From a bacterium (lineage in GTDB: Bacteria; Patescibacteriota; Patescibacteriia; UBA10025), in contig JAKAGM010000002.1 in NCBI GenBank assembly GCA_021815445.1, positions 159,511 through 223,510 on the forward strand: a stretch of 64,000 nt of DNA. Reading direction: 5' to 3'. The position numbers were made by a program, and so were the translations under genes. The notes beneath the pieces are model-generated. The model made no database searches, had not been told where the DNA came from, and saw only the letters and a list, made by a program, of their open reading frames with translations. Within the stretch, counting starts at the first letter, position 1. Each line of letters begins with the position of its first letter. Positions 21,491 through 29,353 of the stretch are shown piece after piece.

Positions 21491-21578
21491 TAGGGTTGTA
21501 TATATCGTCGCGCCCTGGACCTGCCTGCGCGAAGCCGCTTCGGCGAAGGCAGGAAGGGTGCTCTTCGTTATACCAACC

Positions 21579-21604
21579 GAGCGCACCTTTTCTAAGGTGC
21601 GCGA
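21579..21604. repeat. REP-like palindrome gaGCGCACCTTttctAAGGTGCGCga
   Basis: Inverted repeat GCGCACCTT/AAGGTGCGC; member of a family with copies near 23.3, 43.8, 56.9 and 58.6 kb. Confidence 0.7.
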
Positions 21605-21658
21605 TGCTTTTGCTTATTTCCCAAACGGGGTTGACCCTGCCACTCGCGAGCAGCGGGG

Positions 21659-21687
21659 TTGACAAAACGGCCCATAACGTGTATACT
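21659..21687 (+). promoter_or_regulatory. Sigma70-like promoter TTGACA-17 nt-TATACT about 220 nt upstream of the 21912 gene
   Basis: TTGACA at 21659-21664 and TATACT at 21682-21687. Confidence 0.45.
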
Positions 21688-21911
21688 TTTTTGTTAAATA
21701 AAAACCATGCTTATTTGGCTTCTGCGGGTATGAAGCATACGGGAGGGGGGATTTATGTATCCAACCCCCACATCCATTCATAAGTAGAAGCCAGATTGGC
21801 AACCAAAAAATCACCTTAAAAACTCACAGTTGCTGGGGCGGTCAAAAAGCCAGTCTGGTAGCCCATAACAGCAGCTCGTGAAACACATTTTTCCAGGAAG
21901 GAGGGCGTGCC

Positions 21912-23114
21912 ATGAAAAAGCACACCCAGTTCGTCGTCGCAGTGGCAGTCATTGTGGTTCTCGCCACAACTGTCCTCGGCGTGTCCACCATGGTGCCGAT
22001 GTTGCCGAGCGAGTCCCCAAGGGGTCAGCTCAGTAGCATTAGTCCAGTCAAAGGTCTGTATCTCGAGCAGTTTCGCGAGATGAATCCAAAACAGACAATC
22101 GACAGAATTTGGCTTGACATTTGTGCAATGAATCGGAGCAGATATCCCGATTCAAACAAGGTGCGGCCTGGGGACACGATTCAACTGCCCCTCGGACAAT
22201 ACTACGTTGCGCAGCAGGGAGGAACCGACCACATGTGGCGGGCTGCGTTATGGTTTACTGATGCTCTGGTGATGCCGTATCTGAGGTTCGGTGCCCCTGA
22301 CACCACTCGACCAGTGGCTGTCGAGGTTCAAGGCCCGACAACTCCAAAGGCCAGCAGTGGCATTTCGCCATGGTGGCTACTCATCCTAATACCGGTATTC
22401 ATGTGTGCCGTCTTGATAGATAATCATATCAAACGGGCCAAGAAGTTCGTTGTAAATCCGCCCGGTTTCAGGACGGCCAGTGACTCTGCAGTCCAGGCTA
22501 CCGCCCAAACCGCTCTTAGGAGCGCGTTTGGACCAGCGATTCAAATCGTTGGCAACGTTGAACGGGGTGTCATAAACGGCACCCAGGTAATGTTCAATGC
22601 TGACGGGACATCCCAGACTGAAACTTTTCACAACGAACCTGGGTATCGGGCACGTGTCCGGTTCCCGAACGACCAGGAGCGACTCGTGGTCTGCCGCTGG
22701 GCATGTTTCAATCCCGTCTACAACAGAACTGGATCCGAGTTCAACGGGACCTTCCAAGTGGCGGGCTCGAACACGACAGAGTCTCTGCCACGGATGAGCG
22801 ACGAGCAGGTTGCCTCAGTGCAGCGCAGTATTCGTGAAGCCGATCGATCCGTGGCAGCCAGTGACCTTCCGGTGGTTCCAATGCCCGCCTCAGCTGAGAC
22901 GGCAGCGGTACTTCCGCCGGAAGCGCCGAAGGAAACCGTGCGGCCAGCCGCCGTTTCTTCACCGGAACGATCGGCGACAATTGGACCCGACGGACTGCTG
23001 CACTTCAAGTCGATCCAAATCTCACAAGGTCGATTTACGGCTGAAGGGGATGTGGCAATCACGTTTGAACAGCTGTCTGAATTGGTCGAGCAGTTCACCG
23101 ATCGGAAGCCCTAA
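21912..23114 (+). CDS. Hypothetical membrane protein with N-terminal signal/TM, LysM-like segment and second TM
   Basis: GGAGG-like aggaaggaggg precedes the ATG. Segment QTIDRIWLDICAMNRSRYPDSNKVRPGDTIQLPLGQYYV resembles a LysM motif. TM segment WWLLILIPVFMCAVLI. By eye the GC content is above that of neighbours. Confidence 0.55.
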   Translation: MKKHTQFVVAVAVIVVLATTVLGVSTMVPMLPSESPRGQLSSISPVKGLYLEQFREMNPKQTIDRIWLDICAMNRSRYPDSNKVRPGDTIQLPLGQYYVAQQGGTDHMWRAALWFTDALVMPYLRFGAPDTTRPVAVEVQGPTTPKASSGISPWWLLILIPVFMCAVLIDNHIKRAKKFVVNPPGFRTASDSAVQATAQTALRSAFGPAIQIVGNVERGVINGTQVMFNADGTSQTETFHNEPGYRARVRFPNDQERLVVCRWACFNPVYNRTGSEFNGTFQVAGSNTTESLPRMSDEQVASVQRSIREADRSVAASDLPVVPMPASAETAAVLPPEAPKETVRPAAVSSPERSATIGPDGLLHFKSIQISQGRFTAEGDVAITFEQLSELVEQFTDRKP

Positions 23115-23237
23115 ACCGGCCGTGGAAAAGCCCAAGCCCGACGCGCCAGTCGCCCATCCGGACGACCCCGCGCATACTGTGGAGTAATGCTCCTTAATCC
23201 CATCCGTAAGGATGGAGAAAGGTAACGCCTTTCAAAA

Positions 23238-23286
23238 CCGTCTGCATCAGAGTGCTCTACTCACTCGCAGACGGTTCTTTTTTTAT
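23238..23286 (+). terminator. Rho-independent terminator (ccgtctgc ... gcagacgg plus T-run)
   Basis: 8-bp stem 23238-23245 / 23267-23274, then ttctttttttat. Confidence 0.5.
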
Positions 23287-23310
23287 GGAAAAAACATGCC
23301 AAACATACCT

Positions 23311-23337
23311 TCGCACCCTAGAGAGGGTGCTCTTTTT
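23311..23337 (+). repeat. REP-like palindrome tcGCACCCTagagaGGGTGCtc followed by T5
   Basis: GCACCCT/GGGTGC inverted repeat of the same family as 21579, followed by ttttt. Confidence 0.6.
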
Positions 23338-23450
23338 GATGTCATTCCGGGCTTGACCCGGAATCCTTACAAACTCTGTAAGGATCCTGAATCCCTGGCC
23401 CGCCTTAGCTGCCGCTAAGGCAGCGGTGCGCGGCAAGTTCAGGATGACAT
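23338..23450 (+). other. Structured intergenic element A (about 113 nt, multi-hairpin, closing helix UGUCAUUCC/GGAUGACA) upstream of the NUDIX gene; candidate cis-regulatory RNA or small repeat
   Basis: Nested inverted repeats: tccggg/cccgga, ccttaca/tgtaagg, tcctgaa/ttcagga, ccttagc/gctaagg, and a terminal atgtcat/atgacat pair. Shares its end motifs with elements at 24008 and 25148. Confidence 0.4.
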
Positions 23451-23552
23451 AGATGGGTGCGCGACGCCTTAATATCACCATTTGACACCCCTACCCATTG
23501 CGCTAAACTGGGGAGCGCACGCTAAAGCATGCGCTCTAGACGGTTCAATACT

Positions 23553-23936
23553 ATGAACATCATCATCGCCTCAGGACCGGTTATCATCGAAAACGGCAAG
23601 GTGCTCGTGAATAAGCACGGAGACACGGATTTTTGGAAGTTTCCGGGCGGGCGGGTGGAGGATTTTAGCGAGCTTTCCCTCGAAGAACACGCTAAAAGGG
23701 AAGTGAAAGAGGAAATGGGGATGGGGATTGAGATTATCCGGCCGCTTAGCACGCTTATGACCAAAAAAGGCGGAGATGTGGTAGTATTAGTGCATTACCT
23801 GGCGAAGCGTATCGGGGAAGTACAGCTCGGCCCGGATATCCGCGAATGGAAGTGGCTGCCGGTGGATGATTTACCCGATGACGTGGCGCCAAATATCCGG
23901 CCAATAGTGGCGGAGGCAAAGAAGTTGATGCAGTAG
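23553..23936 (+). CDS. NUDIX hydrolase
   Basis: Nudix box GGRVEDFSELSLEEHAKREVKEEMGM. ATG at 23553 is preferred over the ORF-track start at 23529, which lies inside a palindrome. Confidence 0.75.
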   Translation: MNIIIASGPVIIENGKVLVNKHGDTDFWKFPGGRVEDFSELSLEEHAKREVKEEMGMGIEIIRPLSTLMTKKGGDVVVLVHYLAKRIGEVQLGPDIREWKWLPVDDLPDDVAPNIRPIVAEAKKLMQ

Positions 23937-24007
23937 ACACAGGTACGTGTTGTAGGGCAATGCGGGGGATGGTCAACGCTGTGGTGTGCGCGCAAGGCGC
24001 GAGATTC

Positions 24008-24038
24008 TTCATTCCGCTGCGCTCCATTCAGAATGACA
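24008..24038 (+). other. Element C: hairpin uUCAUUCcg-loop-uucaGAAUGAca, about 85 nt upstream of the PP2C gene
   Basis: Same closing-helix sequence as element A, with a U-A pair replacing the U-G wobble. Confidence 0.35.
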
Positions 24039-24120
24039 AAGTAGGGTGTGCCGAATATTAAGTTGATAGTTGAGGAATGTAAACAGGTAAAAAGAGGAAG
24101 TGGTGGGTAAATAACAATAT

Positions 24121-24999
24121 ATGGATGCAGAGAGAGAAAATAGACTCGGAGGCGAGTTCCGAGAGCTTAAAGCGCTAGAAGTGAGCAGTGGCTCTATTCC
24201 CAGTGCAGAGCACCTGGACCATAATGACGATACTATTTTGATAAATCAGTATATTGATCTTTATGGCGTGCTGGATGGCATGGGCGGCCATAAGGGCGGC
24301 GCTGAAGCCTCTCGTGTAGCTGATGAATCTATTCGACAAACGTATCTCACAAATGTCCTTGACGTCCGACGGCCGTTGTCAGTGGCCGAGGAAAAAGAAG
24401 TGATGAAAGCGGCTATAGGTAAGGCTCACCTTGATGTACTCGCGGCGTCAAAAACAAAAAAGGAGCTTGCTGGAATGGGCACGACAGCCTCAGTCGTGCG
24501 TTTTATGAAGGGTGAAGCAGGGACACGCAAAGCGATTATCGGCAATGTGGGCGACAGCCGCGTCTACCGTTTTTCGGGTGGTCGCCTCGAGCAGATCACT
24601 GAAGACGATGACTTAAGCCACGATATGATTCCGGATGATGACGTCAGGCGGCGAACGGTGCAGGCCGAGGTCAGCAATGCTACCAGTTTAGCGTCGATGA
24701 GCCCAGACGCCCAGGCGGTATTCAAAGAGCGGAATGTGATCACCCAAGCTCTCGGCGGCAGTAGGAAGATTGAGCCACATATCTTAACTGTTAACATCAA
24801 CTCTGGTGATTTCCTGCTGATCACCTCAGATGGCATTCACGATAATCTCACGGAGAATGATATCGGAGCGATTCTTCAATCCGCACAGTCTACTGGAGAT
24901 GCTAAAGACCAATTAATCGGTCGTGCCCGCGCAGTGAGCGAAGAGCGGTCATTTCGTTCAAAGCGGGATGATATGAGCTGTCTAGTAATAGCAAGTTAA
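24121..24999 (+). CDS. PP2C-family (PPM) serine/threonine protein phosphatase
   Basis: PPM motifs: VLDGMGGHKGGAEAS, the N/S-ending motif NVGDSRVY and the ITSDGIHDNL segment. Confidence 0.85.
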   Translation: MDAERENRLGGEFRELKALEVSSGSIPSAEHLDHNDDTILINQYIDLYGVLDGMGGHKGGAEASRVADESIRQTYLTNVLDVRRPLSVAEEKEVMKAAIGKAHLDVLAASKTKKELAGMGTTASVVRFMKGEAGTRKAIIGNVGDSRVYRFSGGRLEQITEDDDLSHDMIPDDDVRRRTVQAEVSNATSLASMSPDAQAVFKERNVITQALGGSRKIEPHILTVNINSGDFLLITSDGIHDNLTENDIGAILQSAQSTGDAKDQLIGRARAVSEERSFRSKRDDMSCLVIAS

Positions 25000-25147
25000 G
25001 AATGTCGGGCATGTGGGTGGGGGCATCAATATATATTGAGATACCGTTTGATCTTGTGAAGCAATCTGTTATCATGATGCCATGATCTAGCGAAATACAA
25101 TTTATTACTGGCAACGCTGAATGTTTGGCGTTGTTGGTTTTTTAATC

Positions 25148-25320
25148 TCCATTCCGGACTTGCCCGTCCGCCTCTGGAGGAATCTGGAATCCCGATGTGA
25201 CAGCAACAGCGAGATCTTGAATCCCGCCAGAGGCGTATTCAGGATGGTGAAGAACAGTTGTTCGTGCGACGCTTGCGCGTCGAGGTCCTTCGTTCAGCTG
25301 AGCTGGACTCAGGATGGTAA
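25148..25320 (+). other. Element B: third member of the structured element family (cCAUUCCgg ... auUCAGGAUGg, second ...cUCAGGAUGg)
   Basis: 5' ccattccggacttgcc parallels element A gtcattccgggcttgacc. The internal gatcttgaatcccgcc parallels A gatcctgaatccctggcc. It lies in the convergent PP2C / peptidase intergenic region. Confidence 0.35.
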
Positions 25321-25362
25321 CCGATTACTCGGATTTTTGATAGTATAAATGTTCTTTTCAAA

Positions 25363-25393
25363 TAGAAAAAAGGCGCACATGAAGACGTGCGCC
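25363..25393 (-). terminator. Rho-independent terminator for the M24 peptidase gene (ggcgcac-loop-gtgcgcc plus U-run on minus strand)
   Basis: The aaaaaa run precedes the hairpin on the plus strand, so the U-run falls on the minus strand. Confidence 0.5.
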
Positions 25394-25416
25394 GGTGGAT
25401 GGGATGTTCTGCTCAA

Positions 25417-26532
25417 TCAGAGGACAAGTGGTCCTTTGGGCAGGCTGCTCAGAGGCAGAAAGCCGGTGATTGACATGACGCCAGTATTCTCGATTCTGAC
25501 GCCGTATTTGCCGGGGAGATAGATTCCCGGTTCGATGGAAAACACCATGCCCTCCTTGACCACGTTCTTGCCTAGAGCGGCGGGTGTCACGTGCGGCTTC
25601 TCGTGCTCATCAAGCCCGACGCCGTGGCCGGTACTGTGCGTGAACCACTCGCCGTACCCCGCTTCCCTGATGATGTCGCGCGCGATTCCGTCGATTTCCC
25701 GGCCGGTCATGCCCGGGCGAGCTTGTTTCTCTGCGGCTGTCTGGGCCGCCAAGACAATGTTGTAAATGCGGAGCTTTTCCGGACTCGGCTTGCCGACGAA
25801 GACTGTCCGCGTGGTATCCGTGTGGTACCCGTTGACGACACATCCGAAGTCCACGGTGACCATGTCGCCTTTGCGGATCTTCCTCCCGGTAACACGGGCG
25901 TGCGGAACCGCGCCGTTCTGGCCGCTCGCCACAATTGTCGAGAACGATAACTCGTCGGCGCCGGACAGCCGGCGCAGATGTGCGTTGAGTCGCTGGGCGA
26001 TTTCTTGTTCGGTCACTCCGGGCTTGATGTATCCGACCGTACTTAGGAATGCCTCATCCGAAAAAGCGAACGCTTTGCGCATGATCGCGATCTCCGCAGG
26101 GGACTTGATGCTCCGGACGACAACGAGAATATCGGGGACCCCTTTTACCCTGATGCCGCGCTTTCTCCCGGCTTTCTGGAGCGCCAGCGCGAAATGTTGC
26201 GGGATAAGGTCGCTGTTTTTTTCGAAGCCCAGTACGGCGCCTTTTGGCACATGTTTCAGGATCTCGTCTCCGGGATTCTTTCGGTCCCAGATGATCGTCC
26301 GCAGACGTTTATGCTTGGCGGTAACGCGTTCGACAGTGCCTGTGTACCGGTTGTCTGTGAAAATGATCACATCCGACGGTCTGATTAGGACGACCATATC
26401 GCCGGCTGAATGGGCGGTGACGCCCGTCAGGTAGAGGGCGCTGGCCGGGTCTCTGGTGACCAGGCAGTTTACGCCCGCAGCTTTACAGCGCTCACTGATC
26501 TTGGCTAATGTACTTTTAAGATCAATATTCAT
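25417..26532 (-). CDS. M24-family Xaa-Pro aminopeptidase / prolidase
   Basis: Creatinase-like N-terminus plus the M24 metal-binding core (HGVGLDEHE, GMVFSIEPGIY). ATG confirmed at 26532. The ORF-track start at 26571 corresponds to a GTG. Confidence 0.85.
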   Translation of the reverse strand: MNIDLKSTLAKISERCKAAGVNCLVTRDPASALYLTGVTAHSAGDMVVLIRPSDVIIFTDNRYTGTVERVTAKHKRLRTIIWDRKNPGDEILKHVPKGAVLGFEKNSDLIPQHFALALQKAGRKRGIRVKGVPDILVVVRSIKSPAEIAIMRKAFAFSDEAFLSTVGYIKPGVTEQEIAQRLNAHLRRLSGADELSFSTIVASGQNGAVPHARVTGRKIRKGDMVTVDFGCVVNGYHTDTTRTVFVGKPSPEKLRIYNIVLAAQTAAEKQARPGMTGREIDGIARDIIREAGYGEWFTHSTGHGVGLDEHEKPHVTPAALGKNVVKEGMVFSIEPGIYLPGKYGVRIENTGVMSITGFLPLSSLPKGPLVL

Positions 26533-26647
26533 ACTCCCTCCGTGGTTAACGTGTTTCGCGTTTGGTTTCACAAGGTTAAATTAACTTATCAAGAAATAGT
26601 CCGGTTTGTCAATGAAATGAGAAGATGACATTTAATCACTTTTAATC

Positions 26648-26653
26648 TATAAT
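26648..26653 (+). promoter_or_regulatory. -10 box TATAAT 6 nt upstream of the glyA ATG (leaderless arrangement)
   Basis: tataat at 26648-26653 and ATG at 26660; no SD motif. Confidence 0.35.
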
Positions 26654-26659
26654 ATCCCT

Positions 26660-27943
26660 ATGATGCTCCAAAAATCAGATAACGAAGTTTACACAATCAT
26701 TCAAAAAGAACTCGAACGCCAGCGCAAGGTGCTCGAGATGATTCCGTCGGAAAACTTTACCAGTGTGGCGGTGATTGAAGCGCTCGGCACCGTGCTGACC
26801 AACAAATATTCCGAAGGATATCCCGGGAGACGGTATTACGGCGGCAATGAGTTTATCGATGACATTGAGAACCTTGCCCGCGACCGGGCAAAAAAGTTGT
26901 TCGGGGTAGAGTATGCTAATGTCCAGCCGTATTCCGGTTCTCCCGCAAACCAGGCGGTCTATTTCGCGTTGCTTAAACCCGGCGACACAGTTTTAGGCAT
27001 GGATCTCGCTATGGGAGGGCATTTGACCCATGGATACAAACTAAATTTCTCTGGAAAATATTACCATGCTGTCGCCTATGGCGTAGACCAGACAACCAGC
27101 CTGATCGATTACGACCAGGTTCGTGAGATTGCCCTGAGAGAGCGGCCCAAGATGATCATTGCAGGAGCCACTGCGTATCCACGGAAGTTTGATTTTGCAA
27201 AATTCGCCGAGATCGCGCATGAAGTAGATGCGTATCTCCTGGTTGATATGTCCCATATTACCGGCCTGATAATTGCCGGCGTCCATCCGTCGCCTGTTCC
27301 GCATGCGGACGTTATCATGACGACTACCCATAAGACATTGCGCGGGCCGCGCGGCGCAATGATACTTGCCACGAAGCTTGCCGACCGCCTGCATGATGTT
27401 TTTCGCCCTGAATCTAAGAAGGATTTAGGGGGATTGATTGACAGCGCCATTATTCCCGGTCTGCAGGGCGGGCCGCACAATCATCAGACCGCCGCTATTG
27501 CCGTCTGTCTCAAAGAGGCCATGGAACCTTCATTCATCGAGTACGGCAGGCACATACAAAAAAACGCTGCTGCATTGGCCGAAGAGCTTGTTGCTCACGG
27601 GATGACCCTAGTGACCGGAGGCACCGATAATCATCTGGTGCTAGTCGATGTAACGCCGCAGGGGATTCCGGGCAAACAGGCCGAGGAGCTCTTAGATTCC
27701 GTCGGAATTACTGTAAACAAAAATCTCATCCCCTATGACAAACGGAAGGCGATGGATCCCTCAGGCATCCGCTTGGGGACGCCAGCGCTTACCACGAGGG
27801 GGTTCACCGAAGCTGATATGAAAGTCGTTGCCGGATTGATCGCGGATGTCGTAACCCATCCGTCTGATGAAGCTGTTTTGGACCGTGTCCGTTCAAAAGT
27901 AGCCGAGCTAACCTCTGCACATCCGCTGTATCCTGAGTTATGA
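26660..27943 (+). CDS. glyA: Serine hydroxymethyltransferase
   Basis: PLP-lysine motif TTHKTLRGPRG; full-length SHMT. Confidence 0.95.
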   Translation: MMLQKSDNEVYTIIQKELERQRKVLEMIPSENFTSVAVIEALGTVLTNKYSEGYPGRRYYGGNEFIDDIENLARDRAKKLFGVEYANVQPYSGSPANQAVYFALLKPGDTVLGMDLAMGGHLTHGYKLNFSGKYYHAVAYGVDQTTSLIDYDQVREIALRERPKMIIAGATAYPRKFDFAKFAEIAHEVDAYLLVDMSHITGLIIAGVHPSPVPHADVIMTTTHKTLRGPRGAMILATKLADRLHDVFRPESKKDLGGLIDSAIIPGLQGGPHNHQTAAIAVCLKEAMEPSFIEYGRHIQKNAAALAEELVAHGMTLVTGGTDNHLVLVDVTPQGIPGKQAEELLDSVGITVNKNLIPYDKRKAMDPSGIRLGTPALTTRGFTEADMKVVAGLIADVVTHPSDEAVLDRVRSKVAELTSAHPLYPEL

Positions 27944-28776
27944 AGCTTATCGACGGCAAGGGCATGGCCGATGGAATCCTCAGCGATATTCGTATGCAGA
28001 TTTCACGGATGTTTCGCGCACCCGGTCTCGCAATAGTGCTCGTTGGCGATGACCCCGCTTCACATACGTATGTCAAGCTCAAGGAGCAGGCGGCATCGCG
28101 CGTAGGGATGCATTTCGAAAAGTTTGTCCATCCCGCGGATGCGGATGAAACGAGCATTCTTGAAACCATCTCGGAACTTAATGCCCGGGAAGATATCCAC
28201 GGCATTATCGTCCAGCTTCCGCTTCCAAAAAATCTGCCTACTGACCGTATTATCGAACACATCGCACCTGAAAAAGACGTCGACGGGTTTCATCCGGAAA
28301 ATCTCAGGCTCCTCTCCCTCGGCCGGGAGCGGCTGGTACCGAGCCTTGTCCGGAGTGTTATGCGCCTTATCCAGTCTACGAATTTCGCATTCGAAGGCGC
28401 GCGAACGGCCATTATAGCGAACAGTGATACGTTTGCCAAACCTTTTGACATCATCCTACAAAAAAAGGGGATGAAAGTCGACACCTGCCTGCCGCCGTTT
28501 ATCGACAGCGAACCGATTACCCGCTCTGCCGACCTTATCATCATCGCCATCGGCCGTCCCGGCTTTCTCACCCGATCCGTAATAAAGAAGAATGCCGTGC
28601 TTGTCGACGTCGGTTTTACACGGGAAAAAGACGGTACAGTACGCGGTGATATTGACCGTGCCTCTGTTGAACCCGTTGCCGGTTGGCTGACTCCCGTGCC
28701 GGGCGGGGTGGGACCGATGACCGTCGCCATGCTGCTGGCGAATACCCTTGATGCCTGCAGGCTCCAAACAGTATGA
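27940..28776 (+). CDS. folD: Bifunctional methylenetetrahydrofolate dehydrogenase / methenyl-THF cyclohydrolase
   Basis: FolD motifs (IIVQLPLP, PVPGGVGPMTVAML). Its start overlaps the glyA stop (ATGA). Confidence 0.93.
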   Translation: MKLIDGKGMADGILSDIRMQISRMFRAPGLAIVLVGDDPASHTYVKLKEQAASRVGMHFEKFVHPADADETSILETISELNAREDIHGIIVQLPLPKNLPTDRIIEHIAPEKDVDGFHPENLRLLSLGRERLVPSLVRSVMRLIQSTNFAFEGARTAIIANSDTFAKPFDIILQKKGMKVDTCLPPFIDSEPITRSADLIIIAIGRPGFLTRSVIKKNAVLVDVGFTREKDGTVRGDIDRASVEPVAGWLTPVPGGVGPMTVAMLLANTLDACRLQTV

Positions 28777-29273
28777 AAACATTCGCCTTTTGCCCGTTGT
28801 GCGCAGCTCGGTTTAAGACTAAAGTCATCGGCGGGACCAAGCGTCTCTACTGCCCGAATTGCGGGTATGTCTTTTATCGCAATGCGACTCCAGCGGTCTC
28901 AGCGCTCGTACTCCATGAACATAAGATACTCTTGGTGCGCCGGGCCGTGTTCCCGAGAAAAGGATGGTGGGATGTTCCCGGCGGGTTTGTCGAACTGCGC
29001 GAAGATCCCGTGCATGCGATGAAAAGGGAGTTCAAGGAAGAACTCGGAGTTGACGCGAAGGTAGAAAGATTACTGGGGATCTTTATCGACACGTACTACG
29101 TTGAGGTGGGGCCTCCCAGCAAGGTTTTAAATATCTATTACTCGGTCAGTTGCCGGAATAAACGTTTCACTCCCGCTGATGACATTTCAAAAGCGAGATG
29201 GTTTCCCCTGTCGTCACTGCCCGCCCGTATCGCATTTAAACATATTCACCGCGCGATCAGGAAGTGGGCCTGA
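28773..29273 (+). CDS. NUDIX hydrolase with N-terminal zinc ribbon (NudC-like architecture)
   Basis: CPLC...CPNC zinc ribbon, then Nudix box REFKEELG. Its start overlaps the folD stop (ATGA). Confidence 0.8.
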   Translation: MKTFAFCPLCAARFKTKVIGGTKRLYCPNCGYVFYRNATPAVSALVLHEHKILLVRRAVFPRKGWWDVPGGFVELREDPVHAMKREFKEELGVDAKVERLLGIFIDTYYVEVGPPSKVLNIYYSVSCRNKRFTPADDISKARWFPLSSLPARIAFKHIHRAIRKWA

Positions 29274-29353
29274 GGGGACATCTATAGAAATTCAAAACGT
29301 CGCCCGACACTATTGCGTTCGGGCGGCGTTGGCAGTAATTACATGAGGGGGTA

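Noticed and set aside
23338-23450. Possible TPP riboswitch in element A (cctgaatccctggcc resembles the ccugaucugg...gcc P4/P5 region)
   Set aside because: The CUGAGA box and P1/P2 architecture are absent. The similarity is limited to a few nucleotides.
25121-25348. 75-aa ORF overlapping element B
   Set aside because: No RBS; Cys/Ser-rich low-complexity translation; the region is better explained as a structured element.
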